From: a virus
Taxonomy: Duplodnaviria; Caudoviricetes
Virus record (IMG/VR): IMGVR_UViG_3300035070_003584
Span: 29,032-93,031 of that record
Length of the DNA: 64,000 bases
Strand: one strand, 5' to 3'
Part shown: one piece after another, positions 19,032-28,003 of the stretch
Position numbering within the stretch: the stretch's first letter is position 1
Layout: each line of letters begins with the position of its first letter
Made by a program: the position numbers and the translations under genes
Notes under the pieces: generated by a model
Told to the model about the DNA's origin: nothing
The model's input: the letters and a program-made list of their open reading frames with translations, nothing else
The model's database searches: none

Positions 19032-19510
19032 CAAACTGCCGTATACATTACAAAAATAAGTGCGGCGCCACCAAGGATGACACATCCACCAATAATCATC
19101 ATCATCTTAATCATTTCCCAGAACTCTTCATCTTCTTTTCTCTTTTGAATTCTGGCCAGTCTTTGCGCCTCTTTTGCTTCTACTATTCTTTTTTGTCTTT
19201 CATCCAAAATCTTTTGCCAAGTTCCTGGACCAAACCGCATATCAATTAGATTGCGCATCTCTTGCATCTTCTCTTCTGCAAGTTTGGCGTCAATCATTTC
19301 TTGGGCAACTGATTGGATACCGAACTGATCTTTCAGTCCCATACCGGATTTTTTGCCTCTTTTCTTCTGTACCTCTTCGGTACCTTTGAACATACCATCA
19401 ATTGCACCAGCAATTTCACCAATGTCTTTTGCGGTGTCAATATTTGATTTTATAAATTCTACACTTGCCTTTACAAGTGCAATTCCTGCTAAAATTTCTG
19501 CTACAGGCAT
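19031..19510 (-). CDS. Membrane protein with C-terminal TM helix
   Basis: 159 aa; SD upstream; RFGPGTW motif; downstream of a minus-strand late promoter. Confidence 0.75.
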   Translation of the reverse strand: MPVAEILAGIALVKASVEFIKSNIDTAKDIGEIAGAIDGMFKGTEEVQKKRGKKSGMGLKDQFGIQSVAQEMIDAKLAEEKMQEMRNLIDMRFGPGTWQKILDERQKRIVEAKEAQRLARIQKRKEDEEFWEMIKMMMIIGGCVILGGAALIFVMYTAV

Positions 19511-19579
19511 TTTGATCTTCCTTCTACTGAAGTTAGATGTATGTCACTGTTGCCATATAATTAAATTCGCTCTCACATA

Positions 19580-19587
19580 TATTTATA
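19580..19587 (-). promoter_or_regulatory. T4-type late promoter (minus strand)
   Basis: TATAAATA consensus in intergenic DNA. Confidence 0.65.
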
Positions 19588-19629
19588 TTTACAAACGTAT
19601 CTAGATGTGTTATAATATTAATATAAATA
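19588..19629 (+). promoter_or_regulatory. Tandem early and late promoters for the tmRNA
   Basis: TTTACA(19588)-N17-TATAAT(19611) and TATAAATA(19622). Confidence 0.75.
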
Positions 19630-19633
19630 AAAA

Positions 19634-19695
19634 TGATTCGGTGAAACTGGATGGATGTAGGCTGGACGTGGGGGCAGTACCCACCGCCTCCACCA
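19634..19695 (+). ncRNA. ssrA: tmRNA acceptor piece (permuted two-piece ssrA); 5' end approximate
   Basis: T-arm GTGGG-GGCAGTA-CCCAC (alphaproteobacterial T-loop), then CGCCTCC-A-CCA; TGATTC, ACTG, TGTA and CTG blocks pair with the coding piece. Confidence 0.93.
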
Positions 19696-19715
19696 TAAAC
19701 ACACTAGAGGTAAAT

Positions 19716-19841
19716 ATGTTAGAAGCATTTGCAAATTGGGTATCAAAGTTTATTAAAGTTAAACCACAACCAGGATATCTTGGTAGGGATATGGCAAAAC
19801 ACAGAGTCCATAGTGTAAAATATGAAGACCTTTGCAAGTGA
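19716..19841 (+). CDS. 41-aa ORF inside the tmRNA intervening segment
   Basis: SD GAGGT, ATG; MLEAFANWVSKFIKVKPQPGYLGRDMAKHRVHSVKYEDLCK. Confidence 0.65.
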   Translation: MLEAFANWVSKFIKVKPQPGYLGRDMAKHRVHSVKYEDLCK

Positions 19842-20071
19842 AAATAACACCAGAGAATACACCAAACAAATATGTAAGGTGGTTTTGTTGGTTCATACAA
19901 TTTAAATACGTATGGGACATTCAAACCTTATTTGAAAAATATCTTCCTATGGAGAAAGTGTATAGATTCCTAGGGTTTTATTTATTTTGGTTTATTTGGT
20001 TTTGTACACTATTACTTGTCTTATACAAGATTACTGGTAGTATGGAATTTCTTCTCTGGTTTGATGAATAG
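19838..20071 (+). CDS. 77-aa aromatic-rich membrane protein inside the tmRNA intervening segment
   Basis: GTGA overlap with upstream ORF; TM segment FLGFYLFWFIWFCTLLLVLY. Confidence 0.65.
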   Translation: MKITPENTPNKYVRWFCWFIQFKYVWDIQTLFEKYLPMEKVYRFLGFYLFWFIWFCTLLLVLYKITGSMEFLLWFDE

Positions 20072-20083
20072 TGTGCTTATGAT

Positions 20084-20225
20084 GGGGGCGAAATAGGATC
20101 GACAGATGCAAGAAGGCAGTGGAGAATCACAAACGTAAATGCAAACGATAACTTTGCTCCTGAGATGCGCCTAGCGGCATAATCTCTGGGCTGGCAACTT
20201 GCCTTGAAACAGAAAAGTTGCAACT
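20084..20225 (+). ncRNA. ssrA: tmRNA coding piece, tag ANDNFAPEMRLAA* (20141-20182); 3' end approximate
   Basis: 5' GGGGGCG pairs with CGCCTCC giving G3.U; AAATAGGATCGAC; TAAAT-GCA resume context; LAA-stop degron. Confidence 0.95.
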
Positions 20226-20242
20226 TACCCAAGGAGGGTGCT

Positions 20243-20581
20243 ATGAAATACTACCTAATAATGTTCCTTATGCTATTTGCAACATCTGCATTTGCTGAAG
20301 TAGAAACTCGTTCAAAACCAGTTCAATGTGGAGGTATAGAAGGTCTTCTTACTATCATTGATCAAGCAGAAGAAAAGGCTTTACTTGGCGCTTTAGGTGA
20401 AGTCACAATGCCTGATATGACTAAACAAATCTTGCCAATCTATGTGTTTGCAAATACAGATACAGGCACATTTACTATCTTTGAAATGCATCCCGACAGT
20501 AATGAAGTTTGCTTAATTGGTTATGGTACTAGTATTGATTTTAATGTACAGGGATATTTTGAACCTAAAACAAATAGTTAA
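20243..20581 (+). CDS. Exported hypothetical protein
   Basis: Signal peptide ..SAFA; KPVQC..C pair. Confidence 0.75.
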   Translation: MKYYLIMFLMLFATSAFAEVETRSKPVQCGGIEGLLTIIDQAEEKALLGALGEVTMPDMTKQILPIYVFANTDTGTFTIFEMHPDSNEVCLIGYGTSIDFNVQGYFEPKTNS

Positions 20582-22065
20582 TGAATCACTGCTTAATTAT
20601 GAACATCGAGGAACGAAGTCACACACGTTCTTTAGGCCCATATAGAATAGCTCATTGGCTAAGGGATAATGGGTGGGATACTGAGGTAATAGACTATTGC
20701 GCTCATTGGTCACATGACGAGTTAATGGAGTTATGTTTATCTCGAATTAATGATAATACGCGATTCATAGGATTTTCATCCTTATTTACTGGATGGACAA
20801 ATCATATGGAAATATTTTCACTTTTTCTTAAGAAACATTATCCAAATATAGTACAAATTTCCGGTTCATCTAGTCTTCCAAATGCGGATATGTCAGCAGT
20901 TGATTATCACATATATGGGTTTGGTGAAAAGGCTTTAGATGTTTTACTTAAATATCTATTCTCAAATGGTGAGGCACCCCGAGCGACAAATTATTTTAAT
21001 ACACAATTAATTGATGCATCTCATTATCCAGCATATCCACTTAAGGAATATACTGTTCTCTATGAAGAAAGAGATTATCTTCAACCATGGGAATTTCTTT
21101 CAATTGAAACCGGCAGAGGCTGTAAATTTAAATGTAGTTTCTGTAACTTTTCAGTACTTGGTGTAAAGGGAGATTATAGCACTTCACAAGATAGTTTTGA
21201 AAAACAATTAAATGAAAACTATGATAGATGGGGTATTAAAAACTATGTGATTGCCGAAGAGACATTCAATGACCGTACAGAAAAAGTTGAAAAATTTAGC
21301 CAAGTAGTACAAAGATTGAATTTTGAACCATGGTTTGCTGCATATATTAGAGCTGATTTACTTATATCTAGAAAGCATGAAGTAGAACATTTGGCTAATA
21401 TGAATGTATTCGGCCAATTTTATGGAGTTGAATCTTTTAACCAAAAAACCTCTAAAGCCATTAAAAAAGGCATGGACCGAGGTAAAATGAAAGAAGGTCT
21501 TCTTAAAGTAAAAGAATATTTTGAGAAAAACAATAATAGATATCGAGGCAATATATCTCTTATTGTAGGCGCGCCATATGAAACAAAGGAATCTTTATAT
21601 AGTTCTCTCGATTGGCTAGTTGATAACTGGAAGACCCAAAGCTTTACTGCATATCCTCTTGGAATCCCAATTTATGGAAGACAATCTATATTAAGTGGTT
21701 CTTATGGTGAAAACGAATATGAAGAAATATCAGCAGAAGAATTGTATCAAAAGCATGATAAAACATATGTCGATAAAGTATTAAAAAAGAATAACATTAT
21801 AAAAGACAATAAAATACTTGAAAAAAAATGGCTAATGTGGAAAAATAAACAAATGGATGTTGTTGAAGCATTTAAAATACATGATCATATGTGTGATGTA
21901 ATGCGAAAAGAGAAATTTAAAAAATCCACATTTGCTGTAGCAGAATTTAGTGGTAAAGAATCTACTATTGATGATAAATTAAAATTGGATGTAAATGCTG
22001 TAAAAACATTTAGAGATGAAGAATTGCAATGGGTTGAGGAATATAAAAAAAAGAAATTATCATGA
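20581..22065 (+). CDS. Radical SAM protein with a cobalamin-binding-like N-terminal domain
   Basis: ETGRGCKFKCSFC (CxxxCxxC), EETFND, YIRADL, GVESF; N-terminal LGPYRIAHWLR..G.D.EVID. Confidence 0.88.
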   Translation: MNHCLIMNIEERSHTRSLGPYRIAHWLRDNGWDTEVIDYCAHWSHDELMELCLSRINDNTRFIGFSSLFTGWTNHMEIFSLFLKKHYPNIVQISGSSSLPNADMSAVDYHIYGFGEKALDVLLKYLFSNGEAPRATNYFNTQLIDASHYPAYPLKEYTVLYEERDYLQPWEFLSIETGRGCKFKCSFCNFSVLGVKGDYSTSQDSFEKQLNENYDRWGIKNYVIAEETFNDRTEKVEKFSQVVQRLNFEPWFAAYIRADLLISRKHEVEHLANMNVFGQFYGVESFNQKTSKAIKKGMDRGKMKEGLLKVKEYFEKNNNRYRGNISLIVGAPYETKESLYSSLDWLVDNWKTQSFTAYPLGIPIYGRQSILSGSYGENEYEEISAEELYQKHDKTYVDKVLKKNNIIKDNKILEKKWLMWKNKQMDVVEAFKIHDHMCDVMRKEKFKKSTFAVAEFSGKESTIDDKLKLDVNAVKTFRDEELQWVEEYKKKKLS

Positions 22066-22634
22066 TACATTATTTACCTATTAACATACCTAGATTACCA
22101 CCAATTAAATATGATGGAATGAGAACTAGTCATTATGCATGGTGGAGCATGATTAAGATAACAGAAGAGACTGAAAATCGTTATGATGATTCTGTTATTA
22201 AGCCTGAATTTCTAGAAATGAATCCACATTTTAAACAGTGGTTAAAACATCTTCCTATAAAAAGATTAATCAATATCAAATTGCATATGCAAGATAGAAA
22301 AGCAGATCCGCATATTGATTTCAATAAACCAAATGAAAATTTGGATTTATATAGAGTAACTCGAGCAAATGAACCTTGTGGTTATAGAGTTGTTATAAAT
22401 GGTTCTAATAAAAATTGTATGTATGTTATAGATAATAATGGTAATAAAATTTATACAGAATTGCCGACTGAAACAAATACGTATGCAATAAATCATACTC
22501 AATGTATACATGGTACAACGGATGATATTGATAGATGTATTATGTTCTTTCAGTTTGAGGTAGATTCTCAAAAACATACTCAATTAATTAATCAAAGTGC
22601 ATTGGTATTTAAGAATTATGTTATTTCTATATAG
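22062..22634 (+). CDS. Putative 2OG-Fe(II)/cupin-fold oxygenase
   Basis: PHIDF (HxD) and distal HG..R. Confidence 0.55.
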   Translation: MIHYLPINIPRLPPIKYDGMRTSHYAWWSMIKITEETENRYDDSVIKPEFLEMNPHFKQWLKHLPIKRLINIKLHMQDRKADPHIDFNKPNENLDLYRVTRANEPCGYRVVINGSNKNCMYVIDNNGNKIYTELPTETNTYAINHTQCIHGTTDDIDRCIMFFQFEVDSQKHTQLINQSALVFKNYVISI

Positions 22635-23205
22635 TTATATTTTATATTATATCTTAGCTTCAATTGGTATTACTTTTGGATATCATAGATATTTTTCTCA
22701 TAAAGAATTTAATGCCCCAAAATGGCTAGAATTTATTTTTTTATATTGTGGTTTATTATGCGGTGGTAGATCTGCATTAACATGGTCAGCCGTACATAGA
22801 ATGCATCACGCTTATTCAGATACACCAAATGATCCACACTCACCAAAATATAAACGATGGTATGAAATACTTCTTTCACTTTGGAAGGTAAAAAAAATAC
22901 CGAGAAGGTTTTGTAAAGACTTACTTAATAACAAATTAGTAATGCATTTTCATAATGATGGCTGGAAATATATGTTCCTTACATATTTTTTTGCTCTTAT
23001 GATAGGATGGCAATATCTAGTAATGTTTATTTTCGTCTTTATTTTATCATATATTTCGTTTGGTCTTTTAAATTATCTAGGACATAATAATAACGGGCCT
23101 ATAAATAATATTATAATCAATATATTTGCACCATTTGAAGGAAATCATAAAGATCATCATGAAAAATCTAAGAAGAAGATATCTGCCAAACTTCGCAACT
23201 CTTAA
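22618..23205 (+). CDS. Membrane fatty-acid desaturase (delta-9-like)
   Basis: His boxes HRYFSH, HRMHH, EGNHKDHH; DPHSP. Confidence 0.88.
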   Translation: MLFLYSYILYYILASIGITFGYHRYFSHKEFNAPKWLEFIFLYCGLLCGGRSALTWSAVHRMHHAYSDTPNDPHSPKYKRWYEILLSLWKVKKIPRRFCKDLLNNKLVMHFHNDGWKYMFLTYFFALMIGWQYLVMFIFVFILSYISFGLLNYLGHNNNGPINNIIINIFAPFEGNHKDHHEKSKKKISAKLRNS

Positions 23206-23902
23206 TAGCGAATATAATTTTGACGTAGAAAAATTAAAAGAATCTTATTTTTATAGTATTAATAAAAACAAAGATGAAGGTATGAACCATCATTTTACTA
23301 TTAATGATGTTGAAAATAAGGATAAGAAAAAATTTTATAACACAGACGAATCTGGTTATGAACAAGTAAATCTTACTTCTTATAATGAAGTTGATACATC
23401 GGATGGATATGAAAAATCACAGTGGCAGTGGTGGAATTCTAGAAAAGATTTAACACTAGCAGAACGCAAATCATTCTATCGAAGAGCATTACAAAATAAA
23501 TTAGATGGTTTGGAATCAACTCTAGAAACATCTTATGCAAAGATGAATGCATTATCTGATGGTTATATGAAAGATATTCTTCAACAATTTAAAGGTAAGG
23601 TAACTCGAGTAAGATGGGCAGTTGCAAATCCCGGCATGGAAATGCAACCACATTTGGATTATGATACAACATATGCTGTAAGATTCCATTATCCCATTAT
23701 TACAAACCCGGATGCAATTATCTGCGTTGATCGTCATAATGAGGGTGTTCAAAAAATTCACATGCCGGCAGACGGTAGGGTATTTTTTATCAATCAGGGG
23801 TTTAAGCACTGGATTGAAAATAATGGAGATACACCTAGAGTTCATTTAATTGTAACTGTCGTTGGTCAAGAAGATATGGTAGAATGCTCTCCTATTCTTT
23901 AA
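23159..23902 (+). CDS. Asp/Asn beta-hydroxylase-like 2OG-Fe(II) oxygenase
   Basis: PHLD, RFHYPIITN, HWIEN.G..PRVHL. Confidence 0.82.
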   Translation: MKNLRRRYLPNFATLNSEYNFDVEKLKESYFYSINKNKDEGMNHHFTINDVENKDKKKFYNTDESGYEQVNLTSYNEVDTSDGYEKSQWQWWNSRKDLTLAERKSFYRRALQNKLDGLESTLETSYAKMNALSDGYMKDILQQFKGKVTRVRWAVANPGMEMQPHLDYDTTYAVRFHYPIITNPDAIICVDRHNEGVQKIHMPADGRVFFINQGFKHWIENNGDTPRVHLIVTVVGQEDMVECSPIL

Positions 23903-24642
23903 AATTAAAACTAATTTGGCTAATAGCAATGTGTATAAGTGCATATTGGTTGATGACTACTACAATGCCATGGTGGTTGATATTATTGGTGTTTTATGCC
24001 TCTGTTTTTATTGCAAGAGTTGGTGGTGAAATAAGCTATCATAGATATTTTACCCATAGAGCATTTAAAACTAGTAAAATTATGCATAATATATTATTAT
24101 GGTGGGGATCTTTATTAGGTGTTGGAAGTTGTATATCATGGTCTTGTATGCATAGAGCACATCATGCAACTGCAGATACTGATGATGATCCACACAGTCC
24201 ACATAAAATTGGCATTTTAAAAACTTTCTTATTATCACCGGATACCTCAAAGCTTACATTTAAGAATGTTGGAGATTTATTCAAAGATCCAATGCAAAAG
24301 TTTATTCATAAAAATTATTTTAAAATCATATTTATCTGGATCGTTTCACTTGGTATAATAACACAATGGTCAATGTTACCTTTGGTTTTATTTTTTGCAC
24401 TACCAGTTTCTTTTTTATGGATTATGTCTGGCATTACAAACTGTTTTGGGCATATGCTGGGTTATAGAAACTTTGAAACAAAAGATCATAGTACTAATCA
24501 CCATTTAACTAGATGGTTATTATTAAATGTCGGTTTACATAATAATCATCATTATAAACCTACAGCAATAGATCATAATCTAAATAAAAAATGGTATGAA
24601 TTTGACTTAGAAAGTTATTTTATAAAAATTATAAAATCATGA
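23884..24642 (+). CDS. Membrane fatty-acid desaturase (second paralog)
   Basis: HRYFTH, HRAHH, DPHSP, LHNNHH. Confidence 0.9.
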   Translation: MLSYSLKLKLIWLIAMCISAYWLMTTTMPWWLILLVFYASVFIARVGGEISYHRYFTHRAFKTSKIMHNILLWWGSLLGVGSCISWSCMHRAHHATADTDDDPHSPHKIGILKTFLLSPDTSKLTFKNVGDLFKDPMQKFIHKNYFKIIFIWIVSLGIITQWSMLPLVLFFALPVSFLWIMSGITNCFGHMLGYRNFETKDHSTNHHLTRWLLLNVGLHNNHHYKPTAIDHNLNKKWYEFDLESYFIKIIKS

Positions 24643-25193
24643 TTACAACACATCATATATCAGATGCGCCTCTTATGGAAGTAAAAACTTGGATAAGAAA
24701 TAATGCGCATGGTAAACATTCTGAAAACTATAGGAATATTGAGCTTAATAGTGATCATAAAGCCATATCAATTGAAAGGTATGATGGAAAAAATATTACC
24801 TGTGTTTCCACCATATACAATAGAGATTATTATCCAGAAAGCTGTGTAAGAATTTTTAATAAATGGCTAGCAATCCGTAAAATTGGTGGAACAAAAAAGA
24901 ATATATTATCTGACAGAGCAATTCAAATGGCAACTCAGCAGATTCATTTTTCGGAAATGATGGGATATACTTCATTCTTTATTTCATATCATAGTTACAT
25001 TCCAAAATTTTGTAATGAATTGACTAAAAGGTTAAATGAAAAAACAGAATGGAATTGGAATCACGAAGAATTAGTAAGAGTTGCTCCTGGAGATAATAAG
25101 AAATGTTATCAACATGTAATTTATGCCGGTGAAGGAATAGAAAAACTTATAAATAGAAAAATGGATATACAAACTTGGAGATCATTGTGCTAA
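24639..25193 (+). CDS. Hypothetical protein (possible GNAT-like fold)
   Basis: Coupled ORF within island; fold is a guess. Confidence 0.55.
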   Translation: MITTHHISDAPLMEVKTWIRNNAHGKHSENYRNIELNSDHKAISIERYDGKNITCVSTIYNRDYYPESCVRIFNKWLAIRKIGGTKKNILSDRAIQMATQQIHFSEMMGYTSFFISYHSYIPKFCNELTKRLNEKTEWNWNHEELVRVAPGDNKKCYQHVIYAGEGIEKLINRKMDIQTWRSLC

Positions 25194-25813
25194 AATTATT
25201 TGAAAACTTAGACTTTTCTGAGTCCATTTCAATCACAAAAGAATTACCGGCATATAAAAAGATTGCAACAGATCTACCGGTTACAGAACTACTTGCTGAA
25301 ATGAATTTCTTTTGTACAGAAGAAAACAAATATCCGGATAATTCTCCATGGTTTAGTGTATACGGGCCAGACGTAACTATGAGTCGAGCTGATTTAGCAT
25401 CTATAGGTTTATTACACTATTATCAGCAATGGCAGATGACAGAAAAACAAATTGAAACTCCATGGCAAAATTGGAGAGCAGGCATTGGTGCTTCTACAAA
25501 AACTATTTTTGAAACACAATTATCAAGTTTTCATAGACCTAGATATGTAGAAGTAGGTCCTGGTTGGGAAGTAACCAATCACAAAGATTGGACAGATAAT
25601 AATAAATTAGGTCTAAGATGTCATTTGATTCTCGAGACGAATGATCAATGCATGCATTATGTTACGGATGATGCCGGTATAGAACATGAATTACATTTTG
25701 TTCCTGGTGATGTATGGTTTTATGATATTTCTAGAATGCACAGAGCACATAATCTAGGTACCACAATTCGTAAGAGTATCAGTTTTGAATTATTTAATGA
25801 TGATCTTCTTTAA
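25187..25813 (+). CDS. Asp/Asn beta-hydroxylase-like 2OG-Fe(II) oxygenase
   Basis: NHKD, RCHLILETN, HRAHN.G..R. Confidence 0.72.
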   Translation: MLKLFENLDFSESISITKELPAYKKIATDLPVTELLAEMNFFCTEENKYPDNSPWFSVYGPDVTMSRADLASIGLLHYYQQWQMTEKQIETPWQNWRAGIGASTKTIFETQLSSFHRPRYVEVGPGWEVTNHKDWTDNNKLGLRCHLILETNDQCMHYVTDDAGIEHELHFVPGDVWFYDISRMHRAHNLGTTIRKSISFELFNDDLL

Positions 25814-26246
25814 CACATCCTACAATATGTATTCTTTCATCATCTGATGCATTAATTGCTGTATGGATTTTAGTAGTATCTACTAGATACCAATTGCCAT
25901 CGGCTGGATATCTATAAACTTTATCATCAATAATAAACATACATTTATCATTTGTAATAAGTGGTATATGAATTCTTTTAGTTAAATCATAATGATAACT
26001 ATAACAAACTCTAGGTTTCATTCTCATTAATCTAGTTCTATACATACCAAGTTTTTTAATAATAGAATTTGTATATGGTATATCAAAAAGAGGATAGATA
26101 AATTCTTCTTCATTATGATTTAATTCTAAAACCTTACCAACACCATAAAATGGATCACCATTAGGCTCAACACCTTGCAATGATATTTGAGTTTGTTCTG
26201 GTACTAATTCCAATTCCAGTAAAATTCTATCTACATCGATGGACAT
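25794..26246 (-). CDS. Asp/Asn beta-hydroxylase-like 2OG-Fe(II) oxygenase
   Basis: YHYD..RIHIPLITN, HTAIN...RIHIV. Confidence 0.82.
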   Translation of the reverse strand: MSIDVDRILLELELVPEQTQISLQGVEPNGDPFYGVGKVLELNHNEEEFIYPLFDIPYTNSIIKKLGMYRTRLMRMKPRVCYSYHYDLTKRIHIPLITNDKCMFIIDDKVYRYPADGNWYLVDTTKIHTAINASDDERIHIVGCVKEDHH

Positions 26247-26671
26247 ATAGTTAACTCTTTTACTCTATAAGGTTGGTAGATAACCCAATCAATCACTTCT
26301 GCCACATATTCCAAAGGTAATTTAGGCTTATCTACATGAGCAGATCTTTCTGTATCAAAGTAACCAAAATTTAAAATGGTGGTATTTATACCCTGCCAAA
26401 ATAATTGATCGTTCACCTTACGAAGAGTGTGTTTCTCAATTCCATAACGAAAATTATCTTTATAACCTTTTGTCCAGTCTGAGGCAGCACTTCCTATATT
26501 AATAATTCTTTTATTAAGCTTTGCTGCTTTGTAGAGTAATTCTACTTGCTCAAAACCATCGTGTTTACAGTTAATAAAGATGTCACTTTCCTTCAGTGAA
26601 GAGACTGTCGGGTAAGTGTCGCTCAACAATTTCCCAAGACCCCTTCTCGTACCAGTGATATAAAACTTCAT
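26231..26671 (-). CDS. Minimal short-chain dehydrogenase/reductase
   Basis: ITGTRRGLG, IINIGS, YGIEK (YxxxK). Confidence 0.8.
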   Translation of the reverse strand: MKFYITGTRRGLGKLLSDTYPTVSSLKESDIFINCKHDGFEQVELLYKAAKLNKRIINIGSAASDWTKGYKDNFRYGIEKHTLRKVNDQLFWQGINTTILNFGYFDTERSAHVDKPKLPLEYVAEVIDWVIYQPYRVKELTICPSM

Positions 26672-27209
26672 AATATGATTTAATCTCTTCTATATTGGTA
26701 AAATATTCTTCATAATTTATATATTTCGAAAATTTTATAAGTGAAGTTTTCCATTCTATATCTTCATAATATATAGTGTCATAGTTAAAATCATCTAACC
26801 AATATTGCCAAGTCAGAAATAATTTAAGCGTATTTTTGTAGTTAATAGCTTCTTTTGGTGTTTTATCAATCTTAAGTGGATTTTCACACCAAGTAAGTTT
26901 CCATTTATTCTCGTGCTGATATAAATGACTGAGGTATTGATTCCATAGATTTCTTCTCTTTAGAATATAGATTTCTTCAAATTTATAAAAATTTTGAAAC
27001 CAATTTATATGTTTTTTAATCTGATGCACGTGTACTTTATAACAATATTCATTACCTAATTTTCTTTCACTTTCTAGAAACTCAATAGGATTATTATTAT
27101 GTAGAAATGGCTCTTCATGTGAGGTGTGCAGTAATTGAGATTCTTTTCTTAGCCATTTTATGGCACAAGTTGAACCAGATCGAGGTGTACACAATATGAT
27201 TTTTTTCAT
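26583..27209 (-). CDS. Sulfotransferase-family protein
   Basis: TPRSGST 5'-PSB loop, EPF, LKRRNL..Q.LS, IYYEDI. Confidence 0.75.
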   Translation of the reverse strand: MKKIILCTPRSGSTCAIKWLRKESQLLHTSHEEPFLHNNNPIEFLESERKLGNEYCYKVHVHQIKKHINWFQNFYKFEEIYILKRRNLWNQYLSHLYQHENKWKLTWCENPLKIDKTPKEAINYKNTLKLFLTWQYWLDDFNYDTIYYEDIEWKTSLIKFSKYINYEEYFTNIEEIKSYYEVLYHWYEKGSWEIVERHLPDSLFTEGK

Positions 27210-27241
27210 AGATGTACCATTACCTCAAACATAACTCTATT

Positions 27242-27360
27242 ATTATACCATAGTACATCGTACATGTAAACAAAAAAAAGTTTAAATAAAACGAAATTAG
27301 TTGTTTACAGCGCCGTTTTTTTGTGATATAATATATGTATAATCAAAAAGGAAGAGGAGT
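27242..27360. promoter_or_regulatory. Back-to-back divergent early promoters
   Basis: Minus: TTTACA(27270)-N17-TATAAT(27247); plus: TTTACA(27304)-N17-TATAAT(27327) with TAATCAAAAAGGAAGAGGAG. Confidence 0.8.
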
Positions 27361-27366
27361 TCTATT

Positions 27367-27516
27367 ATGATTAAATGCTTTATTATTACCGCAGTTCTTA
27401 ATACTGGGGAAATTTGGGAAACAGTTCGTCATACCAAGGATGGCTTAACTGATTACATTCAAAATATCCTTTCTGATGAGGCTGTAATTAAATTTACAGT
27501 TGAGGAGCGTGTATAA
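27367..27516 (+). CDS. Small early protein (49 aa)
   Basis: Read manually after cassette SD: MIKCFIITAVLNTGEIWETVRHT.. Confidence 0.65.
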   Translation: MIKCFIITAVLNTGEIWETVRHTKDGLTDYIQNILSDEAVIKFTVEERV

Positions 27517-27593
27517 TGAAAAAATTTGAATTTATTGCTGGTATATTGTTTATTGTTGTAATGTCATCATTACCAATTCTAATGTTTATATAG
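27516..27593 (+). CDS. 25-aa hydrophobic peptide
   Basis: TAATG coupling, SD GAGGAG; MKKFEFIAGILFIVVMSSLPILMFI. Confidence 0.5.
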   Translation: MKKFEFIAGILFIVVMSSLPILMFI

Positions 27594-27601
27594 GAGATTA
27601 C

Positions 27602-27778
27602 ATGATTGAATTTGAATTTCAGAACCCGGATCAAAATGATATTTGGAGAGAGATTATTGAGTTTTGTATGTCTCAACCAGAAAACACATCACCAGCTGCC
27701 TTACAATACTTGGTAGCTAAGGAACTTGGTTATATTGCAAGTAAAACAGCTTGTGCTCTGGCAGCAATTAGATTTTAG
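27602..27778 (+). CDS. Small early protein (58 aa)
   Basis: SD AGGAG; MIEFEFQNPDQNDIWREII.. Confidence 0.6.
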   Translation: MIEFEFQNPDQNDIWREIIEFCMSQPENTSPAALQYLVAKELGYIASKTACALAAIRF

Positions 27779-27787
27779 GAGGTTTAT

Positions 27788-27988
27788 ATGGGAATGTCAA
27801 ATTATGTTTTGGATCAAGAAGAAAAAATGTTTGATGTTATTGAACAGGCAATTATAACCTGTGATCATCTCACAGAGGTAATGCAAGAAGCTGTTAAGAA
27901 TAAGTCTCTTGTACCACATTGGACTGTACAAGAAATTGAAGATGCCTGTAGTGAATATTGGGAAGAGTATTGGGCGAGTAAAATATAA
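27788..27988 (+). CDS. Acidic early protein, paralog of 52200..52400
   Basis: SD GGAGG; alignable over the full length with the second copy. Confidence 0.8.
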   Translation: MGMSNYVLDQEEKMFDVIEQAIITCDHLTEVMQEAVKNKSLVPHWTVQEIEDACSEYWEEYWASKI

Positions 27989-28003
27989 TGAAGAGAAGGA
28001 GAT

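Noticed and set aside
19641-19695. Stand-alone tRNA fragment or integration (att) site
   Set aside because: Better explained as the tmRNA acceptor piece that pairs with 20084 onward; no integrase in the window.
19605-19715. N-terminal extension of ORF 19605..19841 and antisense ORF 19610..19924
   Set aside because: They overlap the promoter and tmRNA acceptor piece; the SD-supported start is 19716.
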